This document shows, piece by piece, positions 25,685-39,460 of a DNA stretch of 64,000 bases (position 1 is its first letter; each line of letters starts with the position of its first letter). Made by a program: the position numbers and the translations under genes. Below the pieces are notes generated by a model that worked only from the letters and a program-made list of their open reading frames with translations, did not search any database and had not been told where the DNA came from. Origin of the DNA: Octopus vulgaris (taxonomy: Eukaryota); the NCBI GenBank assembly GCA_951406725.2, contig OX597814.1:63922001-63986000 (forward strand), given 5' to 3'.

Positions 25685-28565
25685 GCATATGAAATACATG
25701 TTTGAGTATGCGTGTGTATATATCTATACACGCACATATTTATGCACATGTGTAATATTACATATTTACAAAAATCTGACTTTTAGATTGCTCCGTGGGA
25801 AATTTTTCCAGCAAATTAGCTATGCCGCTATCGGTCACATTCAGTTAACAAATTGTGCATTTTACTTTTCGATATGTAGACACAAGAACTATCTGCAAAA
25901 AAATATATAATAAAACTAAATGTCAAATTACACCCTATGATTTCAATATGGCATTGAGAGTAAATTTGTAAGTATCTCCTTAAGGTCGTAAACCCAATCC
26001 ATTTACTGGGAGCTAATCTCCCATCTCTTGCTTGTTACAAAAGTGTGCAACCATATAAATTTGCACTGATTTTGTAGTTCCCATATACCTTTGCTGAAAC
26101 AGGATGGAAACAGTTGTGCATTATTATTTCCGTCTTAAAATGTGTTCTAACCAATGGTGGGGCATTTTTACTTGTGTACAAGCCACTAAATAGGCTTTTA
26201 GTGGCTACTGGATCTGCTAGACAGCGCAGCGAAAAAGGGTAACCAAAAAGGGCAACCAAATTTTCCTCAGATTATATACTCTTATGTTTTAAGATTGGGT
26301 ACGTTAGATAATGTTGGAGAAGCATCTTTTACCTGGGTTTTTCTCAGTCAATGCTAATCTGGGAGTAAACAAAACAGAACAAAAAAAGTTCTCTGAGTAC
26401 ATTCCTCATGCAATTAGGTTTCTAGTCTGTTGCCTGACTGCTACATAAAGTACTCAAATGTCTTTCAAATTACGTCCGGTTATTTGGAAAGAAAAGTTTC
26501 AGCAGATAATTCATTCCGTCCAATATGCTTTTAAAATATGGAAGATAGTCATGGCTGTAATGCCTCTTTCATATGTCAGCTCAATCAAGAATGACTTGGG
26601 AACAAACAATAATACCTTGTGTCTACACGAACGCTTCACCCAATAGAAACAGCTCTCAAATCTCACTCTTATCCTATCCTGCCGTTTTCAAAGAAAAAAA
26701 AAAAGAATAACGTTGATTTCAGATACACAATGTCGGAATGATTTTGGTAAAAAATCTGATTAGATTACACAGCAACAATAAATTTACTACTCTCCAGCGT
26801 CTCAAGGATTACCAGTAGAGTCTTGGTCCCCTATGTAACGAACCATTGTTGTTCCTCAGTTGAGAAATTCATGATCATAAAAGGTACATCATATAAACCC
26901 TCAAAACACGAGAGCAGCAACTCAGAGACTACGGACAGTCTAAAACCACAAAACATACACTCAGGACATAGTGAGGTTTCAACATTTTTATTCAACCCTA
27001 GCAAAAATCTCACTCCCTTTTCATGTAATCTGATGTAGCACCCAACTCCTAGCTTCATGAAAATTTAGCTACACTAACTCGCATTTCGAGATTCCCATGT
27101 TGTTTCATATTAATTGGACATGATTTACACACACACACACACACATACACATACACCAAACGCAAAACATATATATATAAATATATATACATATGCACAT
27201 GCACAAACATGTGAGTGTGTATCTGCATGTGCATGTATATCTACTATTGTGTCTATCTATCTATCTATTTGATAGACAGAAACTGAAAGAAGCCCGTCAG
27301 ATATATATATATGTGTGTGTGTGAGTGTGTGTATGTGAGTGTGTGCGCGCCCGAACGCACACGTATGTTGTGTGTGTGTGTGCGTCTTTGAGCTTGTGCT
27401 TGTTTGCCACCACCGCTTTGCAACCAGTTTTGGTTTGTTTACGTCCCCATGGTATTAGCGGTTGGGCAAATAGAGAAAAACAATAGAACGTTTGCCCGCT
27501 GGTTCTGAACCATCTTTTACCTATTGACCCCTTTGATTCCTATTTTATTCTACTTGATCTCCATAGCCATTCAATGTGTATATATATATAATAAAATATT
27601 CTACTGTATAGGCAATCAAATGCTATTAGGAATTGTGTATAATAAAAAGAATTGAATATTTTGTGTATTGTAGAAAGAAGAAGTATAAGCAATTATTGCG
27701 CCAATTTTAACACGAAAATCTCATATCGCCCCCGAAGGGCCATAGGGAGCCCCCCGCCTTTATTTGTAATATTTGTGATTGTTAATTTTTAATCCCTGTA
27801 GGTCTTTGGTTTCAGTCCTTAACCAAGAAATTAGAGAAGTTTATTTCATTTTTCTGTGATGCATGGAAAACAATTGATACCCGTAACAGACGATGATGCA
27901 ACAGATGAACCAATATAGAATAAACGCATACAAACATAAACACATAACAATAATAATAAATAATAATTGTACGCCAATCACTATATTAAAAAAAAATCAA
28001 TATTTCGCTGTTTACCAATATCATCAGTTCCTAGCCAGCCAGTCAGTCAAAGTCGCTCTCACTTTAAAAGCCAGACAGAAATTATTACATCTATTGCATA
28101 ATCATCAATTTTTGTCTCGGGTATGTCGAACTGATGCCGCTAAAGATACAAAATAAAATACCGCTCAATTTCTCTAGCTCGTTAACGCTAACTGGCTTCT
28201 TCTTACTCTATCTGATTTACTCCGCAGTATTATGAGTAGTTCTCTTTTCCTTGTCTTCTTTCTCTCATATCCTCATTTTCTTATTTGTCTGTTCTCTGTC
28301 TTTATCGGTCACCCTCTCTCTCTCTCTCTCTCTCCCTTTCTCTCTCTTTCCTTCTTTTTCTTTTTCGCTCTTTCCTTCTCTCTCACTCATTTTGATTGCT
28401 TGTGTTAACTATCGCTGTCGCTTTCATCAAGCAAATTTCTCCATCTGTTTATTTCAAGGCTGTGACGTTCTCACTCTCTATAACATAAAATTCTCACTCT
28501 CTCTCTCTTTAATATTCTTTATACGCAGCTACTCAGTTATACATGTGGGAGTGTGTATCAGCATG

Positions 28566-28653
<88 letters not shown>

Positions 28654-28724
28654 GGTGTGTGTGTGTGTGTAAGCATACTTACTACAGACATACAAACATA
28701 CATATATATGTATATATATATATA

Positions 28725-28758
<34 letters not shown>

Positions 28759-28804
28759 ATAGAAAGATAGCTAGACAGACAGACATATAGATAGATAGAC
28801 TAGC

Positions 28805-28870
<66 letters not shown>

Positions 28871-29274
28871 TGCTGTGAACCCATGTGCATAAACGTATAT
28901 ATGTGTGTATGTGTGTGTGTGTATGTATGTATGTATGTATGTATGTATGTATGTATGTTTGTATGTATGTATGTATGTATGTATGTATGTATGTTTGTAT
29001 GTATGTATGTATGTATGTATGTTTATCTTTGGGTTTAAACCTAGTAGTTTGCATTACAAAGTCTGTCCACGACTATCGGCAATCAAATACTATTATATAA
29101 CGAAAATAAATCGCTTTAATGATGACATATCAAAGAGATTGAAGTGCGCAACTCGTTTTATTAATGTTTCACCGACTCTTTATCAGAATATGATATATAT
29201 ATATATATGCGTACGTGTGTGTATGTAAATATATATACATGTATGTGTGTGTGAGTGTGTATGTATTTATGTAT

Positions 29275-29336
<62 letters not shown>

Positions 29337-29394
29337 GTGTGTGTGTGTGTGTGTGTGTGTGCGTGTGTGTGTATGTGTATGTGTGTGTGTGTGT

Positions 29395-29699
29395 GGAGGC
29401 GCAATGGCCTCAGTGGTTATGGCAGCGGACTCGCGGTAGTAGGATCGCGGTTTCGATTCCCAGACCGGGCGTTGTGAGTGTTTATTGAGCGAAAACACCT
29501 AAAAGCTCCACGAGGCTCCGGCAGAGGGCGGCGATCCCTGCTGTACTCTTTCACCACTCTTTCTCTCACTCTTTCTTCTGTTGGCCTGCTCGCTTAGCCA
29601 GCGGGGTGGCGTCATTCGAAGGCTAAAACAATGCGAGCGCATTGTGACCAGCGATGTATAGCAACATCTGATGGTCTGGTCGGTTACGTGATCACGTGA
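29395..29699 (+). mobile_element. tRNA-derived SINE, family 1, tail type b
   Basis: Same ~175-bp head and core as 17216, then an unrelated 3' part ending GTGATCACGTGA(TA)n. Confidence 0.85.
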
Positions 29700-29769
29700 T
29701 ATATATATAGAGAGAGAGAGGGAGAGAGAAAGAGAGAGAGAGAGAGATAAATATGTATATATATATATA

Positions 29770-29819
<50 letters not shown>

Positions 29820-30011
29820 TAATACTACAAAATTAGAGAATGGAGAAACATACTTAAATCAATAAAACATCAACCATCCGATGATACCCAATCAATACTT
29901 TAATACACCATTACATATGAGTAAAGGCATTATACAAAATGAGATATACAGTAATAGTAAAAAGATAAAGAGATATAAGTAAAAAATTTCAAATATAATA
30001 TGCAATTAAAT

Positions 30012-30129
30012 CAAAACTGACAGCTGTTTCGGCAGTGAGGGCAGTCATACCTCATTTAACCTATAAGCCATAAAGGCAGGTATAAATGAGGCATTAACAA
30101 GGATGCCCCACGGCCTCTTCAGAGAATTA
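30012..30129 (-). ncRNA. Hammerhead ribozyme motif with a long helix II
   Basis: Minus strand CT-CTGAAGA-GGC.GTGGGGCA..(inner hairpin GCCTCATTTA/TAAATGAGGT)..TGCCCTCAC.GCC-GAAAC-AGCT-GTC|AG; palindromic ACAGCTGT helix III; helix I partly decayed. Confidence 0.7.
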
Positions 30130-30470
30130 AATTAAATTTGTTATAATTGTGAAAAATATTATATAATCATATACATATAAATATAAAAATATAAAAATAT
30201 AAAATATAAAAACTTATACATCATAATGCTACACTTATATAATATAATACTCATTGGTACAATAAAGGAAGGTAAGCAGAACAAAATAAAACAAAATATA
30301 TATCAGTGTATATATTAATATTAATAAGTACCGATATTATACATATTTGGCTAAAAATTTTTTTTAAAAAAACTAACACATAGGGAGATGAAAAATAATA
30401 ATTAAAATTAAAACCATGGTTCAGTTCATAAAATTCTAAAGTTATAAAAGTTAATAAAATTACTATTAAT

Positions 30471-30516
<46 letters not shown>

Positions 30517-30731
30517 GATACAGTTAAGTTTGCACCAAGTCCATCCTTTCAAGATCGAAATAACTATAGTTATATATATATTGTTTTACTTGTTTCAGCC
30601 ATTTAGTTGAACAAATCGACCCAGGGCTTATTTTTGTAAGCTTAATACTTAGTCTGTCGGTTTCTTTTGCCGTACTACTAAGTTACGGAGACTAAACACA
30701 CCAATATCGGAGTGGGGACAAACATACACAT

Positions 30732-30796
<65 letters not shown>

Positions 30797-31000
30797 TATA
30801 TATATATTCCATGCTTTTGCTTTTTATGTTCTCGTTTCTCATTTTGTTCACGTTATTTTGACGTCCTATACCCATATATGCATGTATATATACATATAAA
30901 TATGTAGGCATGTACATGTATGTGTGTATTTATGCATATATATATATATATATATGTTTGTATATCATTTATATCATTATATGATCGAACGTTATCTATA

Positions 31001-31084
<84 letters not shown>

Positions 31085-32452
31085 TCTCTCTATATATATA
31101 TGTACGACGGGCTTCTTTCAGTTTCCGTCTCTCAAATCCACTCACAAGGCTTTGGTAGGCCCGAGGCTATAGCAGAAGACACTTGCCCCAGATGTCAGGC
31201 AATAGGACTGAACGCGGAACCATGTGGTTGTGATACAAGCATCTGACCACATAATGTGCGTGTGTGTAAGAGTTTTATTGCGGAACAGCGGCCACGTTAG
31301 CCAACCAAATCGACGTAAAACATGCTAAATGTATTCCTCATTTATTTCTTAATGCCTGATACGACAGGGTTAGCGACATTTTCAACAGCAACAATGTTAA
31401 TGACCAGGTGAATTTAGAAATTGCAATTTTTGGTATCAAAAATGCCGGTTTTGCTCTTTTACACGTATATATAAACAAAATAACTTGTATACCTATTTCT
31501 TTATTACCCACAAGGGGCTAAACATAGAGGGGACAAACAAGGACAGACATAGGTATTAAGTCGATTACATCGACCCCAGTGCGTAACTGGTGCTTAATTT
31601 ATCGACCCCGAAAGGATGAAAGGCAAAGTCGACCTCGGCGGAACTCACAACGTAACGGCAGACGAAATACGACTACGCATTTCGCCCGACGTGCTAACAT
31701 TTCTGCCAGCTCGCCGCCTTATCACTTGTATACCAACTACACTCGAGGAGTGCAACTGTAATCTAAAGAAGGAAGGTTTGACCTAAAATACAGACTTGAA
31801 AGGAAAATGTCTGAATATTGTGAGTAGAAAAGAAATACAAATTTATAGACTTAGTAAAACATCAAGAGAAATTGTTAAAATTGGAAATTGGAAATTTGTA
31901 ACGATTGCCCTGGTTACAATACTATCCGACAGGAAGATGAAATAGCTTACGTCATGACGAAAAATCAGATTTTGTTAAGCCGTGTTTTAGTGGTGAATGG
32001 CAGTGAGAGAGAAACAGAAGTTTAGAGTGGGTGCCAGGGGAAGGCAAGCTGCAAGAAATGTGACACTTGTTTGTGTCTGTGTTTTGGTGTCAGCCCGCCA
32101 AAAGAGTGAGTAGCTACCAAGCAGAAGTGACATGTGAAAGTGGGAGAAAGAAATTAATGGTTTCCAGGTATTCAACCCAAACAAAGTGCTCCAAGTTTAA
32201 TTGAATGCATATGTGAATGTGTTGGCGAGAGTGCTCGTTTGCGAACGTGTGCGCGTGTTTTTATATGTGTGTGTGCGTGATTGTGTGCAAATATGCCAGT
32301 TCACGGGTAATACACGCACGCGCACACACCTGCACACGCATAGATGTACGAGCTTCGATTTTGAACATAAGCAAGACTCTACACTTTATACATGCTAACA
32401 ACAGAGAATACAGTCACGCAGGAAGCTGGAGATTTGAGATATCTCTACCTTA

Positions 32453-33718
32453 TGCGAGGGATGTTCATTAAAGATTTCTTCTGTCCCACTTTCCAAGGAC
32501 TGAGATTAACGAAACTTTACATAATTATTAGCCCTTCTCTGCATAGCCACCACCAATGGTGACACACTTCTCACATCGCTTTATGCAGCTGTGAAGGCCT
32601 CGTCTGTAGAAGTTGGTAGGTTGCGTCTGGAGCCCAGACTTTACCTCGGTAATAAGCTCGTCACCATCCGAAAAGTGTTTCCTCTGCAAAAAAGACTTCA
32701 TGTTTGGCAAGATGTGGAAGTCAGATGTGCGAGGTCGGGAGAGAAAGTGGGATGAGGAAGGATTTCATAGACGCAGGAGTGTGCTTCCATCTAGGTAACA
32801 TGCGCATTGTGAACTGGGGCGTTGCCTTGGAGGAGGCGGACTCTTTTGGTCAGCATGCCACGCCTCTCTGCTTTGCTGGCATTCCGCAATTTCTGTAGCA
32901 GAGAAGCAATGCCCCATTAATTTTGTTGCCCGTCTGCCAGAAAATCCATTATCACTAATCCGCGTTGGTCCAAAAATACTGTATCATCTTACATGATGAG
33001 GGTTGGCCACGAGCCTCCTTTGGAAGTGGTGAGTTATCATGCTTCCATTGCTTCGACTGGACTTTACTCTCAGCATCATAGTGATGGACCCATGTTTCAA
33101 CCTGTCTGATAAGTCTGCCAAAAAAGCCCTCCTTGATTTCTTGGCACATTGCCAAAAGAGACTGGGAGCAATTGATTCTGAAAAGGTGTGAGCATTTAGG
33201 GAATACATCGGGCAGACAATTTCCGCACGTGCAAATAATCGTGAATTACTTTTTCCACGGACCCTACACTTACCTTCACTTCTTGGGCTAGTTGTTGAAT
33301 AGTTATGCGGCGATCTTCCAAAACGGCAGATTCCAGTTTATGTATGGTGTCGTCATCAATGACGGAATGTGGTCGTTCAGGAATAGGAGCAATTTCCACC
33401 GGTGTCCGACCACATTTGAACTATTGATGCCAGTGCTTGACGACGACGTATAATGGTGCATCATTGCCATAAACTTGTTTCATCTCATCGAAAGTCTCTT
33501 TTGGTGTACGACGTTTCAAGTATAACAACATGATCACTGATCTGCATTCAACTGCCTCCATTATATCTTAGTCCACTTGAGGAACCGAAAAGACGAAGGA
33601 ATACAAATGGAAAGCTACAATTTACAATGTGACTTGTAGAGACAGGTATAATTATACCTGTACAAGTTCCATGTCCTGCAGTAGTGTGTCAGCGGAAATT
33701 TTTAATGAACACCCCTCA
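32453..33718 (-). mobile_element. Full-length decayed mariner (DD34D-type) transposon
   Basis: TIRs GAGGG(A/G)TGTTCATTAAA(G/A)ATTT at both ends with TA flanks; broken transposase with LEDRRIT, LSARCIP, ETWVHHYD motifs; ~1.27 kb. Confidence 0.9.
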
Positions 33719-34181
33719 TAAACGTTCCTTGCGATGACGGTACGGAAGTGGCGGTAATCTATTGCCTCTTTATGTTTCTTTTTTCATCACAAAATTTAGC
33801 TAAATATCCCCTTCCCACCCACCATGGTTAGCATGGATGTGGTTTTTGCCTCCATAATGCAACTATGCAGCAATCTTAACTGTGCTATATCTTACCACAT
33901 GCGCTCACCAGCGACACGGCATTAATATAAGATGAGCGACTGGCTGCTTCGTTTGCTAAAGCGTTGGGCTATATATGTGACATCACTGGTTCCGGCTGTG
34001 TTCTGCGTTGTTAGAATCGTTTAAGAATATACCAATTAAGTGTGATTCAGCTTTCATTCCCCTTAGCACTCATACATTCAATGAATCGCCGATTAAAGGT
34101 ATGAGAGGCAAAAGTGAACCTCTGTATTTTTGTGACTACGCAGGAACCTAAAGCCTAAGCATGGTACAAATGACGAGTTTA

Positions 34182-34256
<75 letters not shown>

Positions 34257-34934
34257 TACCTACACATATGCATACAGATATAGATACATACATATATGCG
34301 AGTGTCTGTGATTGTATGTTTGCATGGGTGAATATATAAATGTGAATTAGTAATGTATGTGGGTATCTAAAGTTTCCCTCATATATGCATATGTGTGTGT
34401 GTGTATGCGTGTGTGTGCTTATATGTGCGTGTGCGTCTATATATATGTATATATGTACATATGTGTGCGTGTGTGTTTATGAGAGCATAAAAAATAGATG
34501 TCCTTATAACTTCTTTGATACTGTATTGAATTCATGAACTCTTCTTTATCTCAACCAGTCAATCAGTATATTATCGACGTATTGTGATTTTCAGACATAC
34601 ACGCAATTCTAAATTGTTCCCTGTGAACATCGATGTCATCTGAGAATGTTACGTGCCGTAAAGTAGCGTCTCATCCAGAGAGGAAATTTATCTCTTAGCT
34701 GGGTGCCTACATACTCTAGATAACGTAATGTACTTAAAAGAATTATGTGCTATACGCGCATATGTATAAAAAGTGTTATTAAAAGAGTTATGTGCTATAC
34801 GCGCATGTGTATAAAGGTAAAAGTGACAAAAAGAGTAAGAAAATAGAGAAATCACGAGAAAAAGTAAAGTTTGTAATATACACAGACACACACACGCATA
34901 TACTTACATATTTACATATATATGAACCTCGCAA

Positions 34935-34973
<39 letters not shown>

Positions 34974-37631
34974 TTACATACATATGCTACAAATCACATA
35001 CATAAACCTATACACACATGTATGCATACACATATTCCTTATATCCCCATGCAGATTGCGCCGAGAAAGAATACAAGAGAGAAGAAGGAGGGGAGGAGGG
35101 ATAGAGAGAATGGTAGGAAGGAAGAAAGGAAACCAAAGAAAGAAGGGAAGAAAATAAGAAGGCGAGAGGAGAAAGAGAAGAGTAAATGAAATGTGAATAA
35201 GATTTGGGCTGGTGTATTTAAGGCATAATGGAATAAAATATATAAAAAATACAAATATGCAAGAATAATCGAAAAAATATAAACAATAATTTAAAAAATT
35301 ACAAATGAAGCGTTTAAACCCAACAAATCGATGTCATTACTTATTTTTTTTGTTTTTCAATTTAACTCTGATACTTAATATCCCTCTCTCTTGCCGAACC
35401 GCTATATCGCGTGGACATATACAAACTTCTCTCAAGACTAATAACGCAGTATTTTGCGTTCTAAAAAGACATTCATGTTAAGTTGGATATAAGTATTGAT
35501 TTTTGATACTAATATTAAATCTGTCATCAATAATTAATTTTTAGTAAGCCTGCGGGTTATTTGAGACATGAGTGCCTGAAAAATGCTGATATTCTATGTA
35601 TCATAGTTGTCAAATTTGTTTGGTTTGCGGGTACCGAACGCCTCATACTAATAAGGTTCTGACGCCCATGACGGACGATTTTCTCCTGCTACGATTCATG
35701 TGTGCTTTTATGCACCATGCGCCTAATAACGCAGTATTCGGTGTTCTAACAAGACATCCTGTTTCTTTATTATCTACAAATATAGAAGGGGACAATACAG
35801 CCTGATTGGGGTCAGACACAAAATGATTATATGACTTTTAAAAGGTTACAAAATATAATGAAATCGAATGCGATACAACAAAAACAAAATACAAACATGA
35901 AATGAAGCAGAGAGATAGGTTACGCTCCGACCCCACGAACCCCATTCTCCTACTGGAACCTTTGTATACAGACTTATGACATGTCCACGAGGAATCTTTC
36001 ATTCCCCGCACCCTTGCAACATGCAACCATCTTTCTTTGAACATTTTCTTTGACAGGCATCTTCTTTCCAGCCTCACCTTCCTTTGCTTTTTGATACTAA
36101 TAATGCTTCCGTCTTCCGTCGATAATAATTAATATATATATATATGCGTTATGCGTATGTGTATGTCTGTGTGTGTGTATACGTAAACTATCAATTTTAA
36201 TCTCGTTTCTGCATATATCCTAAATATAATTATGACGTCACAGAAAGGTAGATGTCAGCTGGTTGTTTATGAACACATAGCTTCTTGTCATTAATACGTA
36301 AATAAAAAGAAACAGGGAGAAACAGGGCTAGGAATTGAAGGATAAAACACTGAAAGAAATAAAAAAGGATTTAATTCTTTCTTTATAAGGCTAACGGAAA
36401 CCATGGAAAATACCGTGAGGGCGTTCTATATTATTTTAATATAGTGGACTGCGACGTCAACAGAATTCTATATTTAAGATTCTGAAGTTTGTTTTCTAGA
36501 ACATTTTATTGCTATTTCTAGCAGAGTTATAGACTTCTGAGACATTTCCTATTTTAGCTCCTTTCTGCCTGAGTGTAGGGACGCGTGCTCAATGGATGAC
36601 TTTTTTTCATAGCGGTTCGTTATTCTATGATCTTAACATTGAAAATAGCCTGTTTTGTTACTCTTCTGTCTGCTCATCAGTCTTTCTATTTTTTCTTTGT
36701 TTCTGTCTTTCTAACCACTGTCTCTCATCTATTTATTTTCCATTTCTGTCATTCATTCTTTTACCATGATATGTAAGGCGATTTCTTTCATCGTATTTCT
36801 TATTTTTATCTTCTCTTGCCTGGCTCACCCATTTATATTTTATGTGGCTGAGCATTCTACTAACACGCACACTCTTAATGTAATCCATAGAAAGAAATCA
36901 TTGTGATGCAATGAAACAAGGGTACACATTTGAATTACAGATAGAATTCATCTGACAGGCTTTCAACCAATTTCCATCTACCTAAATGATGAAAGTAACT
37001 AACCAGAAACTTGTCGGATGGATTTTACGTGTGGTTCAAAGGTATGGCTTTATCATACATACTGTATGCCGCTGACTTGGCAGTATATGGTTCTGTATTC
37101 TCGTGTAAGACCTGCATCCCTTTACGGTTAACAAATGATGGCCGTTTTTTCTGTACAACTTTGTGCAAAGCTTCCATTTGACGACAATACTTCTCGCACT
37201 GTTTCGTTTTGATTTAACACTTCATGATACGCCATTCTTCATATCTCAACAAGCGCCGAGCATAACTTTTTTCCGGTTTAATTATGAAATCAACTGATCT
37301 GATCTGGAGTTGCTTTTTTAAGGAGGATGGGTCGATTTTAGAAGCCACATTGGGAAATACTGTCTGTTTATTTCTTGGATAAGCTCCGAAGATAGATTTT
37401 TTTCTCAATGTATTACATGTGTGAGATACTACCATATTCGTATTTAGTCTGCACACCCCTCTTCTGGACTATTTCCTCACTTATACATATTGCTGATATT
37501 TCTATTTTTACTTCAATTTCGCATGCTATCGCTATTAGTTACAATCATACACTCAGTTACCTGTATAAAACTACGTTACAGATTTAATGATATAGTTACA
37601 CATTGGTACACAAACATACATATTCCCTCAA

Positions 37632-37677
<46 letters not shown>

Positions 37678-38346
37678 ACATACAAACACACACACAGTAG
37701 ACTAGACTACAAGTTTATCAGCAGGATGAAATTTAAAGAGCAGAGATAAACAACAGACAAAGGACGTAAACAAATCGTTATTTTGTTCATCTGTTACGTG
37801 TTTGAATAGTATACCGCTGGTGTAGTTTCATGTCATCTATGCATGCATTAAATGAATTCAAGAAAAATATTGGGATAGAAAAAATAAAATAGTCTAGGGG
37901 TGTATAATATCACATCTGTTGAGGGTGTATGGCCGAGTGGGTAGTATGTGGTACTCACGATTGTGAGATCGCTGTTTCAATTCCTTGACCGCAGGGTTCG
38001 TTGTGTTCTTAAGCAAAATACTTCCCATTGCATTGTTCTGCGATCACTTCGACACTTGACGTGTGGGGAACCTGTGCAACTATTCAGACAATATCGATTT
38101 GATGGAGTGAGTGTGTACAGCACAAACATTCGACCACCATAAACAAATCATTTGTGCAGGTTTCTCAGTAAGAAATCGCAGAAAGAGAATCGTCTTTCTC
38201 GGGCTATGATAGACTATCCCCCTCCTCCTCCTCCTCCTCCCCTCCTCCTCCTCCTCCACCTCCTCCACCTCCTCCTCCTTCTCCTCATCATCATAACACC
38301 TTTATGCCTGCGTAGTGAATATGAGCTTCTGTACGTGTGTGAGTGA

Positions 38347-38648
38347 GAGGCGCAATGGCCCAGTGGTTAGGGCAGCGGACTCGCGGTTGGAGGATCACAG
38401 TTTCGATTCCCGGACCGGCTTTGTTTTGTGTGTGTTTATTAAGCGAAAACACCTAAAAGCTCCACGAGGTTCCGGCAGGGGTGGTGGTGACCCTGTTGTA
38501 CTCTTTCGCCACAACTTTCTCTCACTCTGTCTTCTTGTTTCGTGAGTAACGCTGCGATGGACTGGCGTCCCGTCCAGCTGAGGGAACACATCCGCCACAG
38601 AAACCGGGAAACCGGGCCTATGAGCCTGGCTAGGCTTGAAAGAGGTGA
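38347..38648 (+). mobile_element. tRNA-derived SINE, family 1, tail type c
   Basis: Same head and core as the other family 1 copies; distinct tail GTAACGCTGCGATGGACTGGCGTCCCGTCCAG..ACAGAAACCGGG. Confidence 0.85.
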
Positions 38649-39089
38649 AAAGAAAGAAGATATGTGTGAGTGTAAGTGTGTGAGTGAACGTATGTTTGTG
38701 AGTATGTGTTTACCGAGTACCGAGACAGTCATTTTGCTTCACGGCTGTTATATTCTGGATATTTCGTGGGTCTAGAGGTGAAAGAAACGAAAAGTTACCG
38801 AAATATCCTGGTGGTCGCGTAGGTATATAGAAAAATATTACCAAACAATAAATCCAAGTGCCGGCTATGAAAGGTGTATAGACGCAGAAATTTGGAATTA
38901 ACAATTCTATAGCCTGGACACTTTTTGTCAGCTATTGAAACATTTCTAGGCCTTTTAGCAGTATATGTCTACACGAGATTCTGTCTCAAAATGAATATTG
39001 CTGTGTTGCGGTTTTTTACAATATATCCACATTAAGTGTGATAAACAGAATGTTATTCTGAACTAATTTTTCTTCCATCGCTAATAACG

Positions 39090-39460
39090 AAAAGCTGATG
39101 ACGACCGCAGAAATACGGGCTATTAACAGTTGCACAAGTAGCAAATCAACCGGTTTGGATGGTTCACCTTATGAATTCTACAAGTTCATGCCAATTTGTT
39201 AGCCAGCGTCTTGACAAACGTCCGCCGCAACTGGTAGCAGGAAGGGAGAATTCCTAATGTTGTCAGCCAAGATGTGGTAATGCTGCTGAAGAACGCCGAA
39301 AAAGGGACGTGCTGGTAAATTTTAAGCCCATAGTTCAAGATTTTGGTGAAAAAGCTGGCGCTTGTCTTCAGTAGTTTGGTGGGGTAAGCGCGAACGTGTG
39401 TGATCCTGAACAAGTGTATTCGTGACAATCTTCCCCTTGTGCAATATATCGCAAAGAGGG
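39090..39460 (+). mobile_element. Decayed L1/Tx1-type LINE RT fragment
   Basis: AAATCAACCGGTTTGGATGGTTCACCTTATGAATTCTAC reads KSTGLDGSPYEFY, the K(S/A)PGxDG..EFY motif preceding RT. Confidence 0.6.

Noticed and set aside
27990-28035. Minus-strand CTGATGA..GAAATATT
   Set aside because: No helix I and no convincing helix II; chance match.
35438-35765. Two ~40-bp direct repeats as a CRISPR-like array
   Set aside because: Only two degenerate copies ~285 bp apart in eukaryotic DNA, with no cas genes.
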